Shown: positions 1 through 8,586 of the stretch, piece by piece | How positions within the stretch are numbered: the stretch's first letter is position 1 | Layout: every line of letters begins with the position of its first letter | Assembly (NCBI GenBank): GCA_964586255.1 | Contig: CAZPGE010000004.1 | Location: forward strand, 32,693 to 96,692 | Length of the DNA: 64,000 bases | Direction of reading: 5' to 3' | From: an uncultured Candidatus Saccharibacteria bacterium | Lineage (GTDB): Bacteria; Patescibacteriota; Minisyncoccia; Phycocordibacterales; UBA2100 | Made by a program: the position numbers and the translations under genes | Notes under the pieces: generated by a model | Seen by the model: the letters and a program-made list of their open reading frames with translations, nothing else | What the model was told of the DNA's origin: nothing | The model's database searches: none

Positions 1-969
1 GATGAAAACCCCTCCGATGTGCTGCGCAATAACATCATCACGCTTGTCGGCCTCTTCCGCATCATGCTCGGCGGGCTCACGCCCGAGGAAGACGCCATTA
101 TCGACAAGGCCATCACCGAGACGTACGCCCTCAAAGACATCACGCCGGAGGCCAATTTCGCCGCTGTAGAGCCGCCGCTTCTCTCCGACTTTGAGCTCGT
201 GCTCTCCGGTATGGAAGGCTCAGAGAGTCTCGTGCAGCGCCTCTCCAAGTACACCAAGGGTACCTGGTCAGGCTTTATGAACAGACCGACCAACGTCGAC
301 ATGAACAAAAAGCTCGTCGTCTTTTCCGTGCGCGACATGGAAGACGACCTCAAGCCGGTCGCGATGTACATCATTACGCACCACATCTGGAATACGGTGC
401 GCAAAGAACTACGCAAGCGCCTGCTTGTCATCGATGAAGCTTGGTGGATGATGCGCTCCGAAGATACCGCATCCTTCCTTTTCTCAATTGCGAAGCGAGG
501 TCGTAAATACTATCTAGGCATCTCGACGATTACGCAGGACGTGTCCGACTTCTTGAACTCTCCGTATGGCATCCCGATGATTACAAACTCGTCGATTCAG
601 CTTCTTCTGCGCCAATCGCCAACCTCAGTCGACTTGGTGCAATCCACATTCAAACTTTCCGACGAAGAGAAGTATCTCCTTCTCGAGAGTGATGTAGGGG
701 AGGGCATCTTCTTCGCAGGTCTCAAGCATGTCGCGATTAAGGTCATCGCGTCGTACACCGAAGACCAGATTATTACTTCTGACCCGTCACAAATTCTCGC
801 CATCAAGAAGGCGAAACAAGATCTTGATGCCGTGGACACGCCGACATCCGCAGGCGCTGCTGCTGCCCCCGCACCCGCCCCGATGCTTTCTTCTGCCCCG
901 GCTGCACCGGGCGCTGACACCGCGCCGGTGGGGAAGGCGTTCAGTAGCTCTGACTTGAAAGAGGTATGA
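1..969 (+). CDS. VirB4/TraC-like type IV secretion/conjugation ATPase, C-terminal part (5' end lies outside the window); Ala/Pro-rich tail
   Basis: Reading frame is open from nt 1. Walker-B-like 'LLVIDEAWWMM', 'AKRGRKYYLGISTITQ' and the downstream pattern fit the VirB4 family C-terminal domain. The stop overlaps the next start (ATGA). Confidence 0.6.
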   Translation, partial: DENPSDVLRNNIITLVGLFRIMLGGLTPEEDAIIDKAITETYALKDITPEANFAAVEPPLLSDFELVLSGMEGSESLVQRLSKYTKGTWSGFMNRPTNVDMNKKLVVFSVRDMEDDLKPVAMYIITHHIWNTVRKELRKRLLVIDEAWWMMRSEDTASFLFSIAKRGRKYYLGISTITQDVSDFLNSPYGIPMITNSSIQLLLRQSPTSVDLVQSTFKLSDEEKYLLLESDVGEGIFFAGLKHVAIKVIASYTEDQIITSDPSQILAIKKAKQDLDAVDTPTSAGAAAAPAPAPMLSSAPAAPGADTAPVGKAFSSSDLKEV

Positions 970-1991
970 GAATCGTCGCGCTTTTGGCAATCCTGTTCCT
1001 GGCTTCCCCTGCCTATGCGCAGCAGTTTGATATCCCGGGCGCATCAAATGCGCTCCAGATAGTCACGAGTCCTGCGCAGCCGGCACCGAAAAGCACGGTG
1101 CGTCTCACGCTTCAGAGTCCGATTTTCGACCTCGACGAAGGTGTTATCTCGTGGAGAGTCGACGGAGAACCGCTCTCCGAAGGCATGGGTCTCCGCACGG
1201 TGTCTGTCAACGTCGGTGACGTGGGGCAGTCGATAGATATCTCTGCCACATACGTGAGCGGAGATGACGAGGCACTCGCATTTCTTACCATCACACCCGC
1301 CGGACTTGGCCTCCTCTGGGAAGCTGAGGGCCTGACGCCGGCATTTTACAAGGGGAGGACTCTTCCAGCTGCCGGTGCACGACTTACATTTGTTGCATAC
1401 CCGACCTTCGTCCGGAATGGCGCTCCTGTTGCCGAAAAGGACCTCATCTTCACGTGGCGGCGCGGAGACACGGTACTTGGTACGCTTTCGGGTCGCGGTA
1501 AATCCACGGCAATCATAGACTCGACTGCCTTTTTTGCTTCCGATGTTATATCCGTCGAGGCGCGCACAACAGACGGCTCCATTTCATCCCGTGCGTCGGC
1601 ACGGCTTGTGAGCCCCGAGACCCCCCTGCGGCTCTATGAAAATCACCCGCTCTTCGGACCGCTGTATCACAAGGCATTTGGCGCGACGACCTTTACACCA
1701 GATTCGGAAATGACCTTTATCGCGATACCGTACTTCGCGCCCGCGGCCAACGAGAACAGCTCGGCGCTGCAGTATGAATGGCGAGTCAACCAGCAAAGTG
1801 TTGCGGCCGACACAAAGCGTCCGTCACAGGTAACGATCAACGCATCAGGCTCATCTGGCGTCGCACTCATTGAACTTCTTGTGAGTCATGCCACAAATTT
1901 CTTCTTCGGTTCTGAGGATTCGTGGCAGGTCACATTCTCAAGAGCGGGAGGAACGACCGGGGGAGATTACCCCTTTGGCGCTCAACAATAA
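966..1991 (+). CDS. secreted hypothetical protein (N-terminal signal peptide MRIVALLAILFLASPAYAQQ)
   Basis: Signal-peptide-like N-terminus. Translationally coupled to the VirB4-like gene. No recognisable catalytic motif. Confidence 0.5.
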   Translation: MRIVALLAILFLASPAYAQQFDIPGASNALQIVTSPAQPAPKSTVRLTLQSPIFDLDEGVISWRVDGEPLSEGMGLRTVSVNVGDVGQSIDISATYVSGDDEALAFLTITPAGLGLLWEAEGLTPAFYKGRTLPAAGARLTFVAYPTFVRNGAPVAEKDLIFTWRRGDTVLGTLSGRGKSTAIIDSTAFFASDVISVEARTTDGSISSRASARLVSPETPLRLYENHPLFGPLYHKAFGATTFTPDSEMTFIAIPYFAPAANENSSALQYEWRVNQQSVAADTKRPSQVTINASGSSGVALIELLVSHATNFFFGSEDSWQVTFSRAGGTTGGDYPFGAQQ

Positions 1992-1994
1992 TCT

Positions 1995-3239
1995 ATGAAA
2001 CTCGGCACACCACTACTTCGGTACATAGTCGCGGCCATCATCGTCGTGGTTCTCGGCGGTCTCGGGGGTTGGTACATGTTTATCAATAAGCAAATAGGTT
2101 CTACGGAGGCGCAGGATACCGCGCGCGGGTATGGAGAGGCGGAGACGTTTGGAGGTGGAATCGGGGGCACAATCAACAACCTCGTCGGTGATGTGATTGG
2201 TGGAATACTCAGCAACGACAAGGGGCCGAGTGCTGCGTCTGCACCGAAGCTCTGGCAAATAACACGCACCCCCGTAGCAGGCCATGGCTTCGCGAGTTCG
2301 AGTCCTCGTCTCTATTTCGCAGAACGCGCCTCAGGCAACGTCCTTCTTGCAGACCCCACGACGACAAACGTACAGCGTCTTACCAATACGCTCATTCCCA
2401 AGGTCTTAGAGGCGTACTTCGCGACAGACGGTTCGGTCGTATTGCGCTCTTTAGACGATGACGGGAAGATCCAGTCGTACGCCGCACGAATTGCGACGAG
2501 CACAAGCCCTGCAGCGGGTGACACGCCAAACAAACTGGAGGGTGCATTCCTGCCAGAGGGTATCGTGTCGATGGGAGTGCACTCGACGCCCGACGAGTTG
2601 TTTTTCATCGTGCGGGAGAACAGTGGGTCCGCGGGTATCGTGTCGGGATGGCTCGGTGGAAATCAGAAGCGCACACTCGTATCCGCGCTCTCGGATTGGC
2701 AGGCCATTTTTCTCCAAGATGGCAGCAAATACCTGGTCCAGAAAGCATCGGATGATGTCGCGGGGTATGCATTCAAAATCACCGGGTCCGGGTCCTTGGA
2801 GCGAGTCATGGGGGATTTGCCCGGACTCATCATATTGCCGCGCTCAAACTCGCAGGCGATGCTCTTCAGCACAGCATCAGCCGGCCAGATAGCACTTTTT
2901 GCCCGCGTAAATTCGCAGACTTCTGATGTACGGCTTGCCATCAGGACCCTCGCCGAGAAGTGCGTATGGGCGCCCGATACAAGACTGATTGCCTACTGTG
3001 CAGTGCCGCAAACCGCACCGAGTGGCACCATCCTCCGTGATCGGTACGACGGTAGTGCACACACCGCAGATGCATGGTGGCGCGTCGATGTCTCTGCAAA
3101 TACCGCAGAACAAATATATACACCTGAAATATCGGTGGCGCTCGATGTGGAAAACCCGCAGATAAACAGCGCCGGCACTCACATCGCTTTTATGAATGGG
3201 ACTGACAAGACACTGTGGATGCTAACCCTGAATAAATAG
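1995..3239 (+). CDS. membrane-anchored TolB-like beta-propeller (PD40/WD40-like repeats) protein
   Basis: N-terminal TM helix. Repeated 'SPxL.F..R..G.....D...' and 'GTHIAFMNGTDKTLWML' PD40-like motifs. Lies 4 nt after the previous stop. Confidence 0.45.
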   Translation: MKLGTPLLRYIVAAIIVVVLGGLGGWYMFINKQIGSTEAQDTARGYGEAETFGGGIGGTINNLVGDVIGGILSNDKGPSAASAPKLWQITRTPVAGHGFASSSPRLYFAERASGNVLLADPTTTNVQRLTNTLIPKVLEAYFATDGSVVLRSLDDDGKIQSYAARIATSTSPAAGDTPNKLEGAFLPEGIVSMGVHSTPDELFFIVRENSGSAGIVSGWLGGNQKRTLVSALSDWQAIFLQDGSKYLVQKASDDVAGYAFKITGSGSLERVMGDLPGLIILPRSNSQAMLFSTASAGQIALFARVNSQTSDVRLAIRTLAEKCVWAPDTRLIAYCAVPQTAPSGTILRDRYDGSAHTADAWWRVDVSANTAEQIYTPEISVALDVENPQINSAGTHIAFMNGTDKTLWMLTLNK

Positions 3240-3240
3240 T

Positions 3241-3687
3241 ATGCACGCGCTCCGCATCACGATACAGCTCGCGGTAATCACTCTTGGCGCATGCGCCCTC
3301 GCGCTTCTCAGTGTTGATTTCGCGCACGCACAAGGCAGTTTTGTACCACTCGCACCTGCACCATCAGGCTCGAGATTGGGTCAAATCTACACTTCAAACT
3401 CTCTGACGGGATTCATCAACGGGCTTTTCACGGCAGCCATCGCGGTGGGTGCGATTCTCGCCGTGATGCGACTCGCTTTCGCAGGATACCTCTACATGAC
3501 GACCGATGCTTGGGGCCAAAAGGGAAAGGCGAAAGAGGTGATAGGAGATGTCATTATGGGGCTTCTTCTCCTCCTATCTATTTGGCTCATCTTGAGACAG
3601 ATAAATCCGAAGCTCCTCGACCTCGACATACTACAGAGCCTGAGGCCGACTTCGCAGCTTATTCAGCAAACAGAGAGAGCAACATAG
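3241..3687 (+). CDS. VirB2/TrbC-like pilin-type small membrane protein (signal peptide plus two hydrophobic helices)
   Basis: Signal peptide ending AHA|QG followed by two hydrophobic helices (GLFTAAIAVGAILAVMRLAFAGYLYM; VIGDVIMGLLLLLSIWLIL). This topology is typical of T4SS pilins. It is the last gene of the operon. Confidence 0.4.
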   Translation: MHALRITIQLAVITLGACALALLSVDFAHAQGSFVPLAPAPSGSRLGQIYTSNSLTGFINGLFTAAIAVGAILAVMRLAFAGYLYMTTDAWGQKGKAKEVIGDVIMGLLLLLSIWLILRQINPKLLDLDILQSLRPTSQLIQQTERAT

Positions 3688-3733
3688 CAGATAGCCCACC
3701 TGGTGCGGTGCAGTGTTCAACAAGACCTCGTGA

Positions 3734-4243
3734 TTATTCAGCGGAGTACTTGATGACGACACGCCTGTTTCGTCCCTCGCCCTGTGACTCCGTCTTCACG
3801 TTTGGAGCGTCTTGGAGTGTCGTGTGCACAATGAGTCGCTCGTACGCGCTCATTGGAGTGAGTTCTACGTCGTATTGAAATGAACGTGCTCGCTCAGCCA
3901 TCATCAGCGCCTTCGTCTGTATGTCCCGTATCTGTTTGGCCCGGTAGTCGTTGACGTCGATGAGAAACATCGGCGCCTCTTCACCCGCAGGGAGAGGAGC
4001 ACGCTTCTCGACAATCTTTTTCACAAGCATATCAATAGCCTGGATAGTGTCCCCATGCATGCCGATGAGCCGGCGGGCATCATCGGTCTCGATAGAGTAG
4101 ATAGTCTGGCCGGCCATGTCGGACTTCACAATCTTCGAGTATGAAATCCCGAGCGTATCGAGCATTTCTTTGAGGACATCTTCGACTGCATAGGACACTG
4201 CCATATGGTGCGCACTATACCTCGTGAGGCGGTAAATCGGCAA
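3734..4243 (-). CDS. jag: Jag/KhpB RNA-binding protein (KH + R3H domains)
   Basis: R3H/KH-like motifs ('GMHGDTIQAIDMLVKKIV', 'RRVVIKYSAE'). Conserved position downstream of yidC. TTG start with an AGAGGG RBS; an alternative ATG at 4204 is possible. Confidence 0.75.
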   Translation of the reverse strand: MPIYRLTRYSAHHMAVSYAVEDVLKEMLDTLGISYSKIVKSDMAGQTIYSIETDDARRLIGMHGDTIQAIDMLVKKIVEKRAPLPAGEEAPMFLIDVNDYRAKQIRDIQTKALMMAERARSFQYDVELTPMSAYERLIVHTTLQDAPNVKTESQGEGRNRRVVIKYSAE

Positions 4244-4308
4244 TACAAAGCCCTCTTACGGCGTGTTCTAATATCACCCCCCTCCGTCCGCGCTCTAGAG
4301 CGAGAACG

Positions 4309-5037
4309 CTATTTGTTACCCCCGAATCGACGGCCCGAAAGCAGCTCCTGTCCTATCATAAAAAGGTTACTGGTGAGCCAATAGAGTGGCGCTGCAGCTG
4401 AGATGAAGTACGCGATGCCGGCGACCATGACGGGAAGAATGTACCGCGCCTGAAGATCAAACGTGCGTGCCATCTCTGCAGAGAACGATGCCTCAGCCGC
4501 CACCACAGACCCGCGCGGCCCCATAGAGAGTCGCGTGTAGATGAACTGTGAGATGCCCGCAAGTACGGCGAGCACCATACTCTTGCCCGCCATGTCGATG
4601 AGGCCAAGGAACTCCATGTTCACGTTTGCGGGTACCGGAACGAACGCGTAGAGAATATCGGCGTTGATGGTCGGCAATCCGCCGTTGGCGAACACGAAGT
4701 AGAGTCCGAGTAGAACGGGGAGCTGAATGAGGAGGAGAAGGAGCCCCGCAAACGGACTCACTCCACGCTCGCGGTACAGTGCGAAAATTGCTCGACCCTG
4801 TTCTTCCGGCTTGTCTTTGTATTTTTTCTTGAGCTCCTCAATCTCTGGCGCAACACGTTTCATGTCCATCTGCGCCTTGATCGCTTTGCGAGAAAGCGGG
4901 AAGAGAATAAAGCGGACGATGATAGTGACTATGATAACGGCGACACCCATGTCGTGCGTTGGGACCACGTCAACAAAGTACACGAGCGCGTTGTATATCG
5001 GGTCGTACACGACCGTATGGAAGAGAGTGCGTATCAT
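4309..5037 (-). CDS. yidC: membrane protein insertase YidC (short, Gram-positive/CPR-type)
   Basis: Multi-TM protein with YidC/Oxa1 signature. Part of the rpmH-rnpA-yidC-jag synteny. Confidence 0.85.
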   Translation of the reverse strand: MIRTLFHTVVYDPIYNALVYFVDVVPTHDMGVAVIIVTIIVRFILFPLSRKAIKAQMDMKRVAPEIEELKKKYKDKPEEQGRAIFALYRERGVSPFAGLLLLLIQLPVLLGLYFVFANGGLPTINADILYAFVPVPANVNMEFLGLIDMAGKSMVLAVLAGISQFIYTRLSMGPRGSVVAAEASFSAEMARTFDLQARYILPVMVAGIAYFISAAAPLYWLTSNLFMIGQELLSGRRFGGNK

Positions 5038-5070
5038 AGGGTGGGTTGCGGCGTATTGTACCGCCTCGGC

Positions 5071-5400
5071 TTACCGAGCGCTACGGACCTCGCGCAGTAG
5101 TGCCTCGATGTCGTGTGCAAGCTCCTGGTACGTTGCTTTCGCCGCATCTTTCTTTGCAAGAAACAGGTACACGCCAGGTGGCGTCAATTGTGCGCTCTTC
5201 TCAAGCACGGCGCGACATCGGCGCCGAATAAGGTTGCGCGTCACTGCTTTCATGGCGACCTTTTTTGACACGACGCACGCAAACTGTGCACTGCCCGTGC
5301 GCGATGCCGATATCGACACAGAGAAAAAACCGCCATGTAGACGGCGAGGGGAGCGCAGCTCCCTGATCTCGGCGCCCGTGAGGCGGTTTTTCTTTGGCAT
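5071..5400 (-). CDS. rnpA: ribonuclease P protein component
   Basis: Basic ~109-aa protein with an RnpA-like sequence, located immediately downstream of rpmH. Confidence 0.85.
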   Translation of the reverse strand: MPKKNRLTGAEIRELRSPRRLHGGFFSVSISASRTGSAQFACVVSKKVAMKAVTRNLIRRRCRAVLEKSAQLTPPGVYLFLAKKDAAKATYQELAHDIEALLREVRSAR

Positions 5401-5403
5401 CGT

Positions 5404-5544
5404 TTAAACGGAAGCGGAGAGGCGCTTGCGTCCTTTTGCGCGACGGCGGTTCAGAACCTTGCGGCCCACCGTGGTCGTCGTTCGTGAACGGAAGCCGTGC
5501 GCTTTGGCGCGCTTTTGCTTCTTCGGCTGATAGGTTCGTCTCAT
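5404..5544 (-). CDS. rpmH: 50S ribosomal protein L34 (46 aa; below the ORF-track size cut-off)
   Basis: Translation [46 protein letters not shown] matches the L34 consensus. The stop lies 4 nt before the rnpA start. Confidence 0.85.
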   Translation of the reverse strand: MRRTYQPKKQKRAKAHGFRSRTTTTVGRKVLNRRRAKGRKRLSASV

Positions 5545-5822
5545 GTGCGCGACTATACGTTATATAGCGCCAGATTTCAAGCATTTTCACTCCTTACCCA
5601 TCATTGCAAGAGGGGAGGGGTTTCGTGAGGTGTCGCGCAGGCCGACGGGCCGAGCGGCAGCGCTGCGCGAGCACGCGCAGACAGCGACCTCACGAAACCT
5701 CCTCCCGTTTTGCGATGTCCACACCTTGTCCACAGGTTGTAAACATGGTCTCGCGTAGCGCATTCGCTTCCCAGCGCGAGCGACACGCGTATAATGCGTG
5801 AGCTTCGAAGACTAATGTACCT
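5545..5822. promoter_or_regulatory. rpmH/dnaA divergent intergenic region: candidate oriC part with two tandem DnaA-box-like 9-mers, a 13-17 bp inverted repeat, and a TATAAT -10 element for dnaA
   Basis: ATGTCCACA (5715-5723) and TTGTCCACA (5726-5734) resemble TTATCCACA. Inverted repeat GGTTTCGTGAGGT (5619-5631) / ACCTCACGAAACC (5687-5699). TATAAT at 5790-5795, 28 nt upstream of the dnaA ATG. Confidence 0.45.
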
Positions 5823-7175
5823 ATGATGACCAATCGAGAATTATGGCAGAACGCATTGGTCCAAATAGAACTCGGGACGACGCAGGCGTCGTTTAGAACC
5901 TGGTTTCGCAATACTGACATCGCAAATCGTGACGGGGGAGTCGTCCAAGTCGCCGTCCCGTCAAAGATTGTAAAGGAGTGGCTGCTTGAAAAACACCACA
6001 AGCTTGTTTTGAAGGCACTGCGCAGTCTCGACAACACCATCCGCACCGTTGAGTACGTGGTACACCGCTCCGCGCCGAGCGCCGAGCGAAAAGCTCCGCG
6101 CGCCGAGAAGCCCCAAGAGAATGCGTCGTTCGATTTACAATCTCTCTATATAGATAAGCGCGACAACCTGAACCCGCGTTACACTTTTGAGACATTTGTC
6201 GTCGGTCCCTTCAACCAACTCGCTCACGCGGCGGCAAAAGCGGTGCTCGATAGACCCGGCCTCACGTACAATCCTCTCTTTATCTATGGCTCCACCGGGC
6301 ATGGAAAGACACATCTCATACAAGCAGTGGGCAACTACTTCAAGAAAGCGCACGCCAACAAGAAAGTGCTCTATGTCACATCGGAGCGCTTTGCGGTGGA
6401 TTACATCAACTCCGTGCGTGCGGGACGAGCCAACAACTTCAAAGACCAGTACCGTCAGTACGACGTGCTCATCATGGACGACATCCAGTTCATTGCGAAC
6501 ACAGAAAAGACGCAGGAAGAGCTCTTCCACCTCTTCAACGCACTCCACGACAACAACAAACAAATCGTGTTCTCGAGCGATAAACACCCGTCACTTCTCC
6601 CCGGCTTTGAGGAGCGCCTCAAGGGCCGCTTTGCCGCGGGCGTGATTGCTGAGATACCCGAGCCCGACGTGGAGTCACGCATCGCCATCATCAAGGCGAA
6701 GATTGAGCAGCACGGCTTCTCAATCCCTGAAGACATCATCCAATACATTGCAGAGAACGTACGGGGCAACATACGCGAACTCGAGGGGGTACTCAATATG
6801 ATCGTTTGCAAATCGCAGCTCAAGGGAAAGGCAATATCCCACGCCGACGTGCGAGCGCTCATCAAACACAACGTAAAGCCCAATAGAGGTGTCTCTATAG
6901 ACGAGGTGGTCCGCAGGATAGCGCAATACTACGAAGTGCCGGAGAAGAGCATCTACGAAAAGACTCGCAAAAAGGAGGTGGTGAAGCCCCGTCAAATAAT
7001 CATGTACATGCTCCGAGAAGAATTTAGTGTCTCGTACCCGTCGATAGGAGAGAAACTTGGGGGTCGTGACCACACCACCGTCATCCACTCGTGCGAGAAG
7101 ATAAAGGAAGAGATAAAAATGAACAACGCACTCGAGCAAGAACTCGACCACATCCGTACTCTCATCCACGCATAG
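5823..7175 (+). CDS. dnaA: chromosomal replication initiator DnaA
   Basis: AAA+ Walker A 'GSTGHGKTHL', 'VLIMDDIQF', and a C-terminal DNA-binding domain. Confidence 0.95.
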   Translation: MMTNRELWQNALVQIELGTTQASFRTWFRNTDIANRDGGVVQVAVPSKIVKEWLLEKHHKLVLKALRSLDNTIRTVEYVVHRSAPSAERKAPRAEKPQENASFDLQSLYIDKRDNLNPRYTFETFVVGPFNQLAHAAAKAVLDRPGLTYNPLFIYGSTGHGKTHLIQAVGNYFKKAHANKKVLYVTSERFAVDYINSVRAGRANNFKDQYRQYDVLIMDDIQFIANTEKTQEELFHLFNALHDNNKQIVFSSDKHPSLLPGFEERLKGRFAAGVIAEIPEPDVESRIAIIKAKIEQHGFSIPEDIIQYIAENVRGNIRELEGVLNMIVCKSQLKGKAISHADVRALIKHNVKPNRGVSIDEVVRRIAQYYEVPEKSIYEKTRKKEVVKPRQIIMYMLREEFSVSYPSIGEKLGGRDHTTVIHSCEKIKEEIKMNNALEQELDHIRTLIHA

Positions 7176-7471
7176 TGTATGAACACAGCCTTCATTGGTA
7201 TTTCCGTCGATACACAGCGCGGCGTTGTTCGTGCACCGAAAAAAGTCTCTGTATATCCTGTGGAAAACACGGGGAGAGTGGTCGCACAACTCACGAATAA
7301 GTTTGCCGGAAAAGCCATGGCGCGAGTTACCCCCGTTTCATCCCCGCTTCACGCAAGAGTTTTCAACAGGTCACGTACAACTATTTCATCTAGATTCTGC
7401 GCGATATTTCCGACTTGTCCCCGCTATACACAGGACTAATAGTAGTAATAGAATATATAAGTAAAAAGTAT
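7176..7471. promoter_or_regulatory. dnaA-dnaN intergenic region with a DnaA-box-like site and an AT-rich stretch (possible DNA-unwinding element / second oriC module)
   Basis: TGTGGAAAA (7259-7267) is the reverse complement of TTTTCCACA. AT-rich 7380-7470 lies immediately upstream of dnaN. Confidence 0.3.
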
Positions 7472-8569
7472 ATGAAGATAACAACAACAAAAGAAAAACT
7501 TCTTAACGCGATATTGATGGTAGAGAGAATCACAGGAAAAAAAGAATCTCTCCCGATACTTTCTTGTGTTCTTATCGATACGACGAGTGACATAACACTT
7601 CGCGCTACAAATCTTGAAGCCGGTATTGAAGTGACCGTTCCCGGTGAAATATCAGAAAAAGGAGTTGTAGCTGTTTCAGCTACGATACTTTCACAAACTA
7701 TCCGCTCGATAGGTGGCGATAAAATATCGCTCTCAAGCGAAGAGGGGAATCTTCTTATCGAATCTCGCGGGACCAAGACACTTATAAAGGCAGTGCCTCA
7801 TGAGGAGTTCCCTGTGCTCTCAAGTGAATCAGGAAAATCAAACGTCTCTCTTTCCAGAGAGCGACTCATTCACGGTATTCAATCGGTTTCATACGCTGCA
7901 TCACCTTCGATGATTCGGCCGGACCTCGGAAGTATCTATATTTCTATCCAGGATGGTTCGATGGTCTGTGTCGCGACCGATTCGTTTCGTCTCGCCGAGA
8001 AGGTGGTTTCTGAGACCGGTTCTAAGACGTCGGATGAACTCCTTATCCCTCTCAAGCATGCACTCGAGCTCGTCCATGTACTCGAAAAACTCGATGATGA
8101 GAAGATTTCACTCTCGGCCGATGATTCACAGCTTGTTGTTGTGGGCTCCGGGACACGGTTTGTATCTCGTGTGGTCGATGCCACATTCCCCAACTATAAA
8201 GAAATTATTCCGAAAAAGTTTACGACTGAGGCCACAATGCTCAAAAATGACCTTGGTGAGATGCTCCGCAAAGCACGCGTGTTTTCAGGGAATGAGATGC
8301 ACGTGGGCCTCCATGTGTATCCGAAGAAAAAGATTTTTACTGCGACCGCGCGTAGTGCTGATGTAGGTGAGATGTCCGACTCTATCGATGCGGCCCTCTC
8401 AGGAGAGGATCTCGATATCAATTTCCACATAGGATATCTCGCCGACTGCCTGAGCTCTATCGCATCAGATTCTGTGATACTGAGTTTCTCCGGTGCAGGC
8501 CGTCCACTCGTGATTCGTGGTGTTTCGGATAGCAATTTCACATACCTGGTGATGCCACTCAACCGATAG
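7472..8569 (+). CDS. dnaN: DNA polymerase III beta sliding clamp
   Basis: 366 aa from the ATG at 7472, with three-domain clamp-like sequence. The ORF-track start at 7415 is probably an upstream extension. Confidence 0.9.
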   Translation: MKITTTKEKLLNAILMVERITGKKESLPILSCVLIDTTSDITLRATNLEAGIEVTVPGEISEKGVVAVSATILSQTIRSIGGDKISLSSEEGNLLIESRGTKTLIKAVPHEEFPVLSSESGKSNVSLSRERLIHGIQSVSYAASPSMIRPDLGSIYISIQDGSMVCVATDSFRLAEKVVSETGSKTSDELLIPLKHALELVHVLEKLDDEKISLSADDSQLVVVGSGTRFVSRVVDATFPNYKEIIPKKFTTEATMLKNDLGEMLRKARVFSGNEMHVGLHVYPKKKIFTATARSADVGEMSDSIDAALSGEDLDINFHIGYLADCLSSIASDSVILSFSGAGRPLVIRGVSDSNFTYLVMPLNR

Positions 8570-8586
8570 TCGTACAGGATACGACG

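Noticed and set aside
3510-3878. 122-aa plus-strand ORF overlapping the pilin-like gene end and the jag 3' end
   Set aside because: Overlaps two better-supported genes in a different frame or strand, with no independent support.
7179-7439. 86-aa ORF in the dnaA-dnaN intergenic region
   Set aside because: Lies in the AT-rich candidate origin/DUE region. No RBS. Composition is unlike the neighbouring genes. More likely non-coding.
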